NCBI RefSeq assembly: GCF_009914755.1 | Contig: NC_060925.1 | Reading direction: 5' to 3' (one strand) | DNA: 64,000 bases | From: the human T2T-CHM13v2.0 reference genome, Homo sapiens | Shown here: piece after piece, positions 13,545 through 30,864 of the stretch | How positions within the stretch are numbered: the stretch's first letter is position 1 | Layout: every line of letters begins with the position of its first letter | Position numbers and translations under genes: made by a program | The notes under the pieces: model-generated | Seen by the model: only the letters and a program-made list of their open reading frames with translations | What the model was told of the DNA's origin: nothing | The model's database searches: none

Positions 13545-15060
13545 ATCCCCAGCTCCTTTCCCCCAACTTCAGAGGGTGAAGAGTCCCTCCTCCTGTTTAA
13601 GGCCAACTCTCCACATGTGACATAGACTCCATCCTTCCTACCTCTCCTGGGCTTGTGTCATTGTTCATCCCCTCTCTTCTCTGCTTTCTATCTTCTCTCC
13701 AGCCTGTAAGCTTGTCCAAGTCCCCCCAGCACTTGCCAAATCCCAAAACACTCACCTGACACCACATTCCTTCCAAATACCACCCAGATATCTGCCCTCC
13801 ACTTCTTATCTATAGGTCTTGGAAGAGTTGTCTATATACCCTGACTTCTTGTCTCTACCAACATCCTGTACTCATGCTTCTACCCCCATCTCCACTGACA
13901 TGGTGCTTTCCAAGGTCACCAATGACTTCCTAAATCCAGAATCCTAGGGATACTTTTCGTCCTTGCAGATTTCTTGGTGGCTCTGCACCCAGTGTTCTTC
14001 TTCACTTCCTCTTTTATTCAACTAGTATTTATTAAGTGCTGTGGAGATAGTAGTGGAAGAAGACAGTCATAATCCCTCTCCTCATGGAGCTTAAATTCTA
14101 GTCGGGGATACAGGCATTGAACAAGCAAGTGAAAATAATTGCTGAGAGTTATAAAAAATAAGTGCAAGTTCTTGCAAAAGTACAGAAAACAGCTGAACTC
14201 AGCTTTTTTTTTTTTTCAGGAATTCATAGAAACTTTCCTGGAGGAAGCAATGTTTAAACTGAAAGATAACTCAGACTTTTCAAAGAGAAAGGAAAGAGGA
14301 TTTCTGGCTGAGGGAGGAATATGTGGGAAAGCCTGAAGGCAACAAGGAGCAGTGTGCTCTGGAAGACCTGAGTTGGAGGCAGTAGCAAGGGAGGGTGGAG
14401 GGAGAGCATAAGCTGGGTGGGGAGCAGTCGCTGGATTGAGCAGTTCCATGAGGGCTGAGTTAAGGACTTCCCCTTTGGCTGAAGGGCAAGGGAAGCCATA
14501 GAAGAGGTTTAAGCAGAGGAGTGATGTGGCCAAATCTGCACTCTGGAAATACTACTGGTTGTGGCATGGGGTATGCATCTGACAGAAGCCAGAGCAGATT
14601 TGGGAGGACCCGTTAGGAGACCATTGCAGTAGTTCATGTAAATATGATAGTGGGGTACACTTAGGCAATAGTAGTGGGATGGAAAGAAGTGGATGGATTT
14701 GAGAGCTCTTTGGAAAGTGCAGTCTGCTGAACATCCTGACAGATTGCATTCCAAATGCTACTCTGAGAAAAGTAGTGGATAGTGGGGCCATTCACTGAGA
14801 TGTGGTACGCAGGTGAGGAACAGTTTCAGTTGGGGGTAAGAACATTGAGTTTGCAGTGCCTGGAACACAGGTGAGTGGGGATGTCAAGCCTGAATGTGGA
14901 TATATAGAGTTTAGAGGAGTGGTTTGGGCAGGAAATATACACTTGAGAATTGTTGGCATACAGGTGGGAATGGGGAATTGTCCCCAGAGAGAATGCAGAG
15001 GAAAAGGGCAGGAGGCCTGAGACAGAACCCTGCAGCCACCAACATTTAATGGTCTGGTGC
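13545..15060. mobile_element. L2 fragments in both orientations
   Basis: Sense piece with CCAAGGTCACCAATGACTTCC, followed by antisense L2 (TTCAACTAGTATTTATTAAGTG..GGGAAGCCATAGAAGAGGTTTAAGCAG..). Confidence 0.6.
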
Positions 15061-15066
15061 AGGGTA

Positions 15067-15941
15067 TAGTAGTCAGCCTCTAAGATGGATCTTAATGTCT
15101 CTGCCTCCTGGAACTTATATCCTTGTGTAGCTCCTGCCACATTGTACCAGGCTGCAACTGTGTGACTAATAGAATATGGCAGAAGTGATGACACATCACA
15201 TCTGAGACAAACTGAGACAAATGATAAAAGACATGATGGCTTCCTTTTTGGTTGCTCTCTATTTTTTTCCTTCCTTCCTTCCTTTCTTTCTTCCTTCCTT
15301 CCTTCCTTTTTTTCTTTCTTTCTTTCTTCTTCTTTTGTTTTTTTGACAAGGTCTCACTCTGTTGTTGTCCAGGCTTGAGTGCAGTAGTGCGATCACGGTT
15401 TACTGCATCCTTGACCTCTCAGGCTCAAGCAATTCTCCCACCTTTGCCTCCAGAGTAGCTAGGATGACAGGCACATACCACCACACCTGGGTTTTTTTTA
15501 AAAAAAATTTTTTTTTCGTAGAGACAGGGTCTCACTATGTTGTCCAGGCTGGTCTTGAACTCCTAGGCTCAAGTGATTCTCCTGCCTTGGTCTCCCAAAG
15601 TGCTGAGATTGCAGGTGTGATCCACTGTGTCACTCCTCTCCTGTGCTTTCTCTCTGTCTTGAATCACTTACTGTGGGGGGAAGCCAGTTGCTACGTTGTG
15701 AGCAGCCCCAGGGAGGGAGCCCCATGGTGTGGAACTGAAGCCACGTGTCACCAGCCCTTTCAGGTGACAGCAGCCTCAGCCAACAGCTTGGCTGCAGCCT
15801 TATTAGAAACTGCGAGCCAGAACCATTTACCTAAACTGCTCCCCAGTTCCTGACTCTCAGAAATTATGTGAAAAAATGATTGTTGTTTTTAGCTGTTAAG
15901 TTTTGGGATGGTTTGTTCTATAATAATAGATAATGAATACA
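15067..15941 (+). mobile_element. MLT1F-like MaLR LTR interrupted by an antisense AluJ (about 15262-15632)
   Basis: GCCTCTAAGATGG..AATAGAATATGGCAGAAGTGATG..CTAAACTGCTCCCCAGTTCCTGAC..AATAGATAATGAATACA; Alu body with CT-rich tail inside. Confidence 0.75.
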
Positions 15942-16008
15942 GAGAAGAAGGAGCCAGTAAGGGGACTGAGAAGGAAGAGCCACCAGGTGCTTCTGGATGG
16001 AGAGGCTG

Positions 16009-16532
16009 TGTGCTGATTAATTTTATCTGTTAACTTGACTGGGCCACGTGGTGCCCAGATATTTGGTCAAACATCATTCTGGGTGTGTCTGTGAGGATGT
16101 TTCTAGTTAAGATTATCATTTGAATCCATAGACTGGACAAAGCCAATTGCCCTCCCAAATGTGAGTGGGCCTCGTCTGATCAGTTGAAGCCCTGAATAGA
16201 ACAAAAGGGCTGAATTAAAGGGAACTCATGCTGCCTGACTGCCTTCTAGCAAGGACATCACTTTTTCCTTGTCTTTGGACTTGAATTGAGTCTTGAGCTT
16301 ACTGGCTTGCACTGGAGTTACACTGTCACCTCTCCTGGTTCTCAGGCCTTTGGACTGGGACTGGGACTGGGACTGTATCATTGGCTTTCTTGGGACTCCA
16401 GCTTGCTGATAGCAGACCTTGGGACTTGTCAGTCTCCACAATCCATGTGAATAAATTCCTTATAATAAAGCTTCCTCTGTCTCTATGTTCATCCTGTTAG
16501 TGCTGTTTCTCTGGAGAATCCCAGATAATACA
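16009..16532 (+). mobile_element. MLT2-family (ERVL) solo LTR
   Basis: TGTGCTGATTAATTTTATCTGTTAACTTGACTGGGCCAC...GTTTCTCTGGAGAATCCCAGATAATACA; flanks GGCTG/AGCTG. Confidence 0.8.
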
Positions 16533-18049
16533 AGCTGCTTCTCCCTCATTACAGCTGGGTAACATGGATAGTGCTAGAAAAAAAAGATAAAGCCAAGGAG
16601 GGTGGCCAGCCACTGTGACCATCCTGCCAGACTGTCTGCTGTGACATCCTCCTGCCAGCTTCGTGAAGGCAGCCATGTGAGCTCCTAGTGGCTCTTTGCT
16701 TCCCCACTGTCCTTTCCTCTCCATTGCTTTGTTGGAGCTGGAGTTTGCTTTTCCCTTTGACTCCAGGTTGTACCCTCTGGGTGGACCTAGAAGATTAGAG
16801 AAGGCCCTGGGGTTTTTCCCTAAGACCTTGCCTTCTGGCCACAGAGCTCAGGACCCTCTGGCTACTGCAAGCTCCCTTGATTCTTCAGATTTCTGAACTA
16901 ATACAGCTTCTAAAACTATTGCTGCTCCAGGCTCCCTCTGTGTAAAGCCCTGAGTAATGTATATCTCCACATGGACAGCTCACAGACTCCTGGTTGCCAG
17001 GGACCCCATCCCATGAGCTCTGGCTTCCCACTCTGGGCTCCATCACTAGAATAGCTCAGATGTCTCTCCTCCCTTCCCTGTGTAATTTTCCACCGGGGCT
17101 TCCAGCTCTGCTAGGGGACTTTCAGCCTCAATTAATGCACAAATCTACAGCACAAAGTTCTCTTTGCAGCTCTTTTGGTGACTTGATAACAAAGTCCCTC
17201 TCCTCTCTAGGACTTACCCATAGAATGAAAGACTTATTGCTAATGTTCTCAGCTCTGAGCTCTATAATTCTGATGGTAAGAAACTGATTAACCGACCATA
17301 GGCTGAAATGATGAGGGGTGAGGATGGGGACATTGTCCTGCATACATCCATAGACAGAGCAAGTTTGAGGGAGAGATCTCAGATTCTGAAGGAGGCTTCA
17401 GGGGCTTCATGGCAAAGAGAGCTGTCTTCATTGCACAGTGTGGTACTTGGCAACTCTGAGCAGCAGTCCCACCCTACTACCAAACTGGAAGCTTTCGTGA
17501 TGCTGGAGGCTGTGAGATGCTGGGAGTTGCTGAGATGGCAGTTGTGGGTTGGCTGGGAGTCAGGACTCTGAGCTCTCCTTCCAGCTCTGCCCAGGATGCT
17601 CTGGGCCATGTCAGCCAGAGGAAGTGGTTCTCAGCCTGTGGCCCCTAAGCTGGGAATGGGGTCTTCTAGCAATTTCCATTCAAAAGGCAAAAGGCACTAC
17701 TTACTTTCTAACTCCTTTTAATATCCCTGCGAGATGGTTGCATTTCCTACCTCCCCAGTCTCTGAGAGTGCCCTTTGCTCCTCCCTGGGCCTCCTGCTAG
17801 TGTGATCATTTCGGGAAATCTCCAGGAGCTTGCTAGAGTCCAAAGACCATTCTGGTTGTGTTTAACTCAGATGGGTTCCCTTGGAGCCAGAGGGACACCA
17901 TAACTGCCACTAGAAGCTCAAGAGACCACCTCTTCATGGCCACTGCCACCACTGTTTCAACTTGTCACTGAGTTATGCCCCATCTGAGGCTGCTCCAAGC
18001 CCTGCCATGGAGCTACTGCACACATCACCCCTGCCAAGGTGGTGTTTTA

Positions 18050-19990
<1,941 letters not shown>

Positions 19991-21309
19991 ATACCTTAGT
20001 GGCTGGTGAGATGGGGATTAGGTTCCTTTCTTTAACAAACTCACAGGGTTTTGTGAGAATCCATGGAGAAAATGCTTGAGAAAATGCTTTCCAAAGTCTG
20101 TAGTTGTGCACATGTTTGTTGCAGCCTTGGCATATTATTAAGATCAATGAATTTCTGGTCCCTATCTCCCAGAAATTACAATTCATTAGAAACAGGCCAT
20201 CAACTTTCCTAACAAGTTTTTCTTGCTTTTTTCCCCCTCTTAATTCAACTCAATAAGCACTTACTGACTTAACTATGGATGAACTGGTGGCCAGCCATCT
20301 CAGTATGCTCAAGACTTTGCTGATTTTACCACTGAAAGTTTCTGTGTCCTGGGAAACTCTTAGTCCCAGGCACATTGGGATGGTTGGCTACTGAGTTCTG
20401 TGCTAAGCCATGGGCCACCAGAGAGTTGAATTAGATAAACCCCTGCCTTTGAGTGGGGGAGGGGTCTTGGAGGGCCTTGGGAGGTACGATTGGAGAGTGA
20501 GGGGAGGAGAGCTTGTGAACAAATGCACTTTTATATAACAGACTAAATACAGGAAGGGAATCACAAACAGCCAAGCACAGCAGTGTGGCTGTAGGAATGA
20601 ACTCTTAGAGGACTTCCTGGAGGAAGGGCATTGGTTATGAAAAGCATAGAATTAGGTAGGCAAAGGTTAGGGGTTAGAGGAGACAAAAAGTCAATTTTGC
20701 TTTTCTCTCAGCTGCTTTCAGTCTCCCGATTTTGTGCTAACTCTGCTCTCTATCTCAGGTGTAAGATATTGTTAAGACGCACTATCTTAGCATGAGACGG
20801 GACTTCTTCCAACCCTCCTATGGAACAGATGGGCAGACTGAGGACCTGAGAAGGAATCTACTTGCCCAGGATCACACAGTGAGTCCATGGCAGAGGCTGG
20901 CCTGGATTCAGCTCTCTAGCCTGATACACTGCCTAGCACACCACAAACTGTTTATTTCAGGAGCCTGATCTTATGCCCTTAGCCAAAGGCTCTAGGCTGC
21001 TCTGGAGGCAGACACCTGGCTTGCCTTACTGGGATCGTACTTGAATGGAACATAGCCAGCTCCTAGGCCTCCTGATTCTGTTTGTCCTGCCCGCATTCCA
21101 CAGCCCTCTGTCTCCACTTCACACACACTCAGGCTCAAGTACCAGCCAGGGGCAGCTGGGATTACTCTGAAGCAAGTCTATTTCATGGGACAAGCTGTTC
21201 AGGAAGCAAGGAAGCCCTAGAATCCATGCTAGAGGCTGCCTCACTCATTCTTCTTTTATCGATCACCACTTACCCCAGAACAACTGCAAGTGAGAATATT
21301 AAGCTAAAA

Positions 21310-21515
21310 TGTGCTGAGCTGTCAATGTGGGAGCTAGGTGCTTTGCACACATTATCTCTTTTAATCCTCCAAGCAACTTTACGGGTTAGAGGTGATGATA
21401 ACCTCTGTTCTAAATCTCAGATTAGCAACCTGAGATTTAGAGAGGTTAAGAAACTTGCCCAGGGTTGGATTTGCATCTCAGGTCAGTCAGAAAGCCAAGC
21501 TGATGCTCTTAACTG
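21310..21515 (-). mobile_element. MIR SINE
   Basis: CATTATCTCTTTTAATCCTC..AGAGAGGTTAAGAAACTTGCCCAGGGT..ATGCTCTTAAC. Confidence 0.7.
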
Positions 21516-22281
21516 AAGCTTAACTGACCGTCCCAGGCAGCTAGTATGCCTGATGAGGAGGTGGCGGAGCCGGGCATGGCTTTGATGGTGAGTGGCCTGA
21601 ATGCCAGGCTAAAGGTTTAGCTTTTTCTTGGCCACCCCAGCCAGGCCCCTGAAGGCAGAAATGATTGAACTTTATATGGAAGATGCCAAATGGGGTGGGA
21701 TTAGATAGGGCACAAAGGGTACGGTGTTAAGAGTCCACAGACTGGAGCCCACCCTCCTAGGGAACATGCCCTCCTACCTGGATTTCTCCAGAGGGGAGCA
21801 GAGCCCTCTCTGCCAGGGGTCAGACTGCCAGTGGGTCCAGCTATCTCCCAGGGGGAGCCACTCAGGAAAAGTGCTGAGTCATCATCCTTAGTGAGCGATG
21901 GAAGGGAAAAGGAGAAAAGAAGAGAGGGAGGGACCGATGGGGAGGGAGATAAACAAGGAAATAAGTCCTGTTGTAATGCCAGATGGAGCTTTCTCTGATG
22001 TGCCAAACATACACCTTTCCCCAACCGGTTCTGGAGCAATCGAGAAATACTGTTATCTCTTGTCTTGGTATCTGGGAAACTGGGTATTTACATGGGGGAT
22101 TCCAAGCTTCACGATTTCCCAGGACCAGGCTGGAAGAGCTGCCCATTGACGCAGATCCATTGTACTATCAATGCAATAAAATGGGATTAGCACATATATT
22201 AAGCACCAGCATATAAACCCCACCCTCTGTCTTCCGACCCTTGTCACCTCAGCACCCTCCACCCACAGTCACATGACCATA

Positions 22282-22770
22282 TGTCTTCATTTTAGTTCCC
22301 CCAAAAGCAGAGCTTGAGGGAAAGACTTGTTTGCCTGTAGTGATCCCAGGGAATAGGAGTGAGGGGCTCAGGAGGAACCCACAGGGAAAGCTGTTACCTG
22401 CTGGAGACAACCAGGCTTAGTCATGCTAGGAACCCTCTGAGGAACTGTGTAGAATCCACCTTAGAACTATTTGCCTGAGGCATGGAAAAGGAGAATGTTT
22501 ATTTATCCACTCTTCTCCTGTTTTCCACTGGTCAGGGGTTGCAGGGATGTTAACTCCCTGGCTCTACCAGGTGTATGGGATCCCACCTGTGCTGAAATGG
22601 CTGAGTGGGCTCCTACTTGGCAGCAGGAGGGAAGTCCTAGGGCAGAAGGCAAGAGAGATGAAGTGAGGTAAGGTGCCCATAGGCTACACCCACATACAGC
22701 TGGCTGCTACAGCAATGGTCAGAGCAAAAAGGTGGGCTGAGGGGTGTGCAATGGAGCATAAAGTTTGCCA
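22282..22770 (-). mobile_element. Old ERVL LTR (LTR16-like)
   Basis: GTTCCCCCAAAAGCAGAGCTTGAG..GGAACCCTCTGAGGAACTGTGTAGAAT..GATGTTAACTCCCTGGC. Confidence 0.5.
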
Positions 22771-24425
22771 AAATTGACACATCACAGTGCACACTGGAGG
22801 GCACTTCCTAGACACCATCTGATTCACTGACATGGGACAAGCTGAGGCACTGAAAGCAACAGGGTTTCATCTGAGGTCACTTAGTGAGCCACAGGCAGAC
22901 TCAAGACCAGAACCCACATTTTCTGATGCCCACACAAAGGTCTTTATTTTTCTGGGCTTACACAGGTGTGCTCTTCCCAGGAACGCAGTCAATTGGTAGG
23001 CAAGGGAATGCCTGCATTTTGGACTGGGCTCCTGGAAATATGGAGAAGAATTTTTTTTGTTGTTGTTGGCAGAACATTGTCAGAATGGGAGCTCCTCGTC
23101 TCTCTTGTGTATTAATTTATTTCAAGTACTTCAATAAATAGCAGTACTTATTTTATAGGTGCAATAGTAGGTGCTTGGTAAATACATGTTGATGAATGAA
23201 CGAATGAATGAGTTTGAAAACTGATAGGAGAAAAGTGGTTTCTCTCCTCTTATATGCAGGTGAAGGAAATCTCTTTGATGTTTACCTTTCAAGCACTGGC
23301 CCATCTTTGTTCACTCGCTGCGACTCAGGCAGGCTGTTTTCTCTGTTCTGTGGTGCAGGTCTCTCTCTACCCTTCTCCTTCCATTTGCCAAGACTGTACC
23401 CATCCTTCCCAGGGATGCATCTCGTACTCATTTCCTGCAGAGTGTGACACAGCCACAGCTTGCAGTTTCACATGGAATCTAAAGTATCCCACCATCCTGG
23501 GCAGAGGGGCTGGGGACTGGTGTCCATGGGAGGGCAGGGATTCTGAGTCACATCATCCCCATTGTGCTGTATCTTTAGCTGTCCTTGTGGCAGAGCCATC
23601 TTTGGGGTGGATTGGAGCACCTTGGAAGAAGGTTGCCATGCTCTCTGGAGCCTCAACTCAGGACAAAGCCTGTAGAATGGCTGACTTCTGTCCAGCCCAG
23701 CTGCTTCACATTCCTCACTACCCTCCTGCCCTTCCCATCTCCACCCTCCACCCTTTTCCCCTGACACTTTCAGGACCAAGGTACTCAGCTAAAGCTGGTT
23801 GGGATTGCTCACAAACAAGTACAACCTAGATGGAAGGAGCTGGGCAAACTACAAAGATCAAGAAGTCTCAGATGCCCAGACAGGGAGTGACTTGCCTTCT
23901 TCCCCCTACCCACGTTGGGCGCTAACTGTAGCATCTCTCACACGGTGCATCAGTTTTATAACATGCATAGAACATTGCCATGATCACAGGATCCTTATGA
24001 CAACTATGTGAAGAAGGCCATGTGAGCAGGAGAGACAGGTTGTGGGCCAGCACAGAGGACAGGGATGTGTCAGAGGCACCAGGTGATTCAAATGTGCAGC
24101 CAGGGTCAAGGATACCACTCTGGACACATCTTTTCTTCCTCTGAATATTACCTGGCTTTGTCTCCTCTGTCAAGAATTCACATTCAGTTTGCCTGACATC
24201 CCTGGGAGATTGAGGTATGGGTCCCTTTGAGGACAGTGGTGAGGTTTGAGCCCACCAAGCAGCAGCTACTGGGATCCAGTCACAAGAAGTGCTGACTGCA
24301 TCAACCAGAAGGGCATCAGTACAACATTTCCAATATATTTCACATTGGTCAGTAAACCTTTCCTCACCATCTCCTCCCCATCTCCAGCTATAATAGCCAA
24401 TCTCTTCAACATTCTTTCAACAAAC

Positions 24426-24904
24426 TGTGAAAGGAAAATAAATCTTGGGGCCCCAAAATCACTAAGCTAAAGGGAAAAGTCAAGCTGGGAACTACTTAGG
24501 GCAAACCTGCCTCCCATTCTATTGAAAGTCATCCCTCTGCTCACTGAGATAAATGCATATCTGATTGCCTGCTTTGGAGAGGCTAATCAGAAACTCAAAA
24601 GAATTCAACCATTTGTCTCTTATCTACCTATGACCTGGAAGCCCCCTCCCTGCTTTGAATTGTCCTGCCTTCGGCCTTTGCTTCGAGTTGTCCTGCCCTT
24701 CCAGACAAAACCAATGTTCACCTTACATATGTTGATTGATGTCTCATGTCTTCCTAAAATGTATAACACCAAGCTGTGCCTTGACCACCTTAGGCACATG
24801 TCCTCAGGACCTCCTGAGGCTGTGTCTTGTGCACCTGTCCTCAATCTTGGCAAAATAAACTTTCTAAATTAACTGAGACCTGTCTCAGATACTCAGGGTT
24901 CACA
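24426..24904 (+). mobile_element. MER4A1-type LTR (5' LTR of copy A)
   Basis: TGTGAAAGGAAAATAAATCTTGGGGCCCC...CAGGGTTCACA; AATAAA near 24854; followed by a PBS-like TGATAACCATAGAGGGAT. Confidence 0.9.
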
Positions 24905-27994
<3,090 letters not shown>

Positions 27995-29347
27995 GAGTTT
28001 TATAGCTGATTATAAGACCTCTTGGGAGAGAATTTTATAGCTGATGATAAGACCACCTAGAGAGGACCAAAACAAAACAAAAATTGTCTGTGGATGGCAA
28101 AAAGTTTTAGGGCAGCTATAGTTAAAGACACAATTGACGAGGAAATTTGTACCTCTGTGCCATCAGAGGTACAAATAATTTAACATCAGAATTATAATTA
28201 TTACTGATAAAGTACACTAATTCATATTAGAACTATAGGAGTTTCCCATAATTTTGGAACACATACCGATATCATATTTATCCAAATACAGCCCAAAGAA
28301 AACCAAACCTCATTTCATATTTGATAATTCTTCCTGTATAATTTTTATACCAAATAGGCCAAATTATGTCATTTTTGGACTTTAGGGAACCTAATATCTT
28401 AAATGATTAATTGGGTCAGAAAAATGCATAATTTATAATTTGATTTTGGAAAGTCTGCCAAATATCAAGGGTTTAAAACACTTCATATCACAAAATAAGA
28501 TCACACATTTTTTGTAAAATAAGTCATTCATTTAACCAAAGTGATAACTCAAGGATTTCAAAAAAGGTGAAAACCTTCATTTTTTGAAAAAGCAGACTTA
28601 ATTTTCCAAACAATAAGCCCCAATAAAAACAGCATGAAGCCAATTAAGTTTGTTTTTCAAACGTTATAAAGTCTATAACATTTTAATCTTGACTGTAAGA
28701 TTTAACTTCCATAAGCCTTTTGTAGCCTTTATAACCTTTGTTAAGGAGTCAGTTAGTGCATCAAGGAAACCTTGTTAATCTGACACAGAGGCCCACATAC
28801 TGTTCTTACATCGTGTGCCTTTGACATTAATTATTAAATTATAGAGAAACTGAACTTATTTTGTCTCTCAAAATTGGCCCTTACAATCCCACACATCCAC
28901 CTCTTCCTCAATAGTCCTTGGGCCTTGAGGAGTTGAAAAACTTTAATTTTTGGCCCCATGTCTCAGGAATTAGGTTTATTTTCTAAAATTGTTATTTTAT
29001 TTTATTTTTCCATAAGTTATTGGGGTACAGGTGGTATTTGGTTACATGAGTAATTTCTTTAGTGTCTATTTGTGAGATTTTCATGCACCCATCACCCGAG
29101 CAGTATACACTGCACCACATTTGTTGTCTTTTATCTCTCGCCCCCTCCCACTCTTCCCCCCAAGTCCCCAAAGTCCATTGTATCATTCTTATGCCTTGTG
29201 TCCTTGTAGCTTAACTCCCATATATTAGCGAGAACATATGATGTTTGGTTTTCCATTCCTGAGTTACTTCACTTAGAATAATAGTCTCCAATCTCATCCA
29301 GGTCATTGCAAATTCTGTTAATTCATTCATTTTTATGGCTTAGTAGT

Positions 29348-29352
<5 letters not shown>

Positions 29353-29412
<60 letters not shown>

Positions 29413-30094
29413 TAATATATATTATATATAAAAATATATAAAATTTATATATATAATTTATATATATAAAAATATATAAAATTTATATATATAATTTATA
29501 TATATAAAAATATATAAAATTTATATATATAATTTATATATATAAAAATATATAAAATTTATATATATAATTTATATATATAAAAATATATAAAATTTAT
29601 ATATATAATTTATATATATAAAAATATATAAAATTTATATATATAATTTATATATATAAAATTTATATATATAATTTATATATATAAAATTTATATATAT
29701 AATTTATATATATAAAATTTATATATATAATTTATATATATAAAATTTATATATATAATTTATATATATAAAAATATATAAAATTTATATATATAATTTA
29801 TATATATAAAAATATATAAAATTTATATATATAATTTATATATATAAAATATATAAATTATATATATAATTATATATATAATATAAAATTATATATATAA
29901 TTATATATATAATATAAAATTATATATATAATTATATATATAATATAAAATTATATATATATTGTATATATATAAAATATACAAAATTTATATATATAAA
30001 ATATAAAATATACATAAAAATAAATATATATAATTTATATATAAATAATATATATATACATATATAAATACATATATATATATGTATATATATA
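29353..30094. repeat. (AT)24 plus AT-only minisatellite (38-bp and 28-bp units)
   Basis: No G or C from 29353 to 29963. Unit TATATATAAAAATATATAAAATTTATATATATAATTTA is repeated, alternating with a 28-bp variant. Confidence 0.95.
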
Positions 30095-30864
30095 CACCAC
30101 AGTTTCTTTATCCACTCATTGATTGATGGGCATTTGGGTTGGTTCCATGATTTTGGTATTGTGAATTGTGCTGCTATAAACATGCATGTGCAAGTATCTT
30201 TTTTGAATAATGACTTCTTTTCCTCTGAGTAGATACCCAGTAATGGGATAGATGGATCAAATAGTAGTTCTACTTTTAGTTCTTTAAGGAGTCTCCGCAC
30301 TGTTTTCCATAGTGGGTGCACTAGTTTACATTCCCACCAGCAGTGTAGAAGTGTTCCCTGAACCCCACATCCATGCCAACATCTACTGTTTTTTGACTCT
30401 TTGATTATGGCCATTCTTGCAGGAGTAAGGTGGTATCACATTGCGGGTTTGATTTACATTTCCCTGATCATTAGTAATGTTGAGCATTTTTTCATATGTT
30501 TGTTGTCATTTGTATATCTTCTTTTGAGAACTATCTATTCATGTCCTTAGCCCACTTTTTGATGGGATTGATTGTTTTTTTTCTTACTGACTTGTTTCAG
30601 TTCATTGTAGATTCTCGATGTTAGTCCTTTGTCAGACATACAGATTGTGAAGATTTCCTCCCACTCTGTGGGTTGTCTATTTACTCTGCTGACTGTTCCT
30701 TTTGCTGTGCAAAAGCTCTTTAGTTTAATTAGGTCCCAGCTATTTATCTTTGTTTTTATTGCAATTGCTTTTGGGTTTTTGGTCATGAAATCCTTGCCTA
30801 GGTCATTGTTTAGAAGGGTTTTTCCAATGTTATCTTCTAGAATTTTTATAGTTTCAAGTCTTAG

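Noticed and set aside
23254-23829. 191-aa ORF in apparently non-repeat sequence
   Set aside because: No recognisable domain or exon/promoter support; compatible with a chance ORF.
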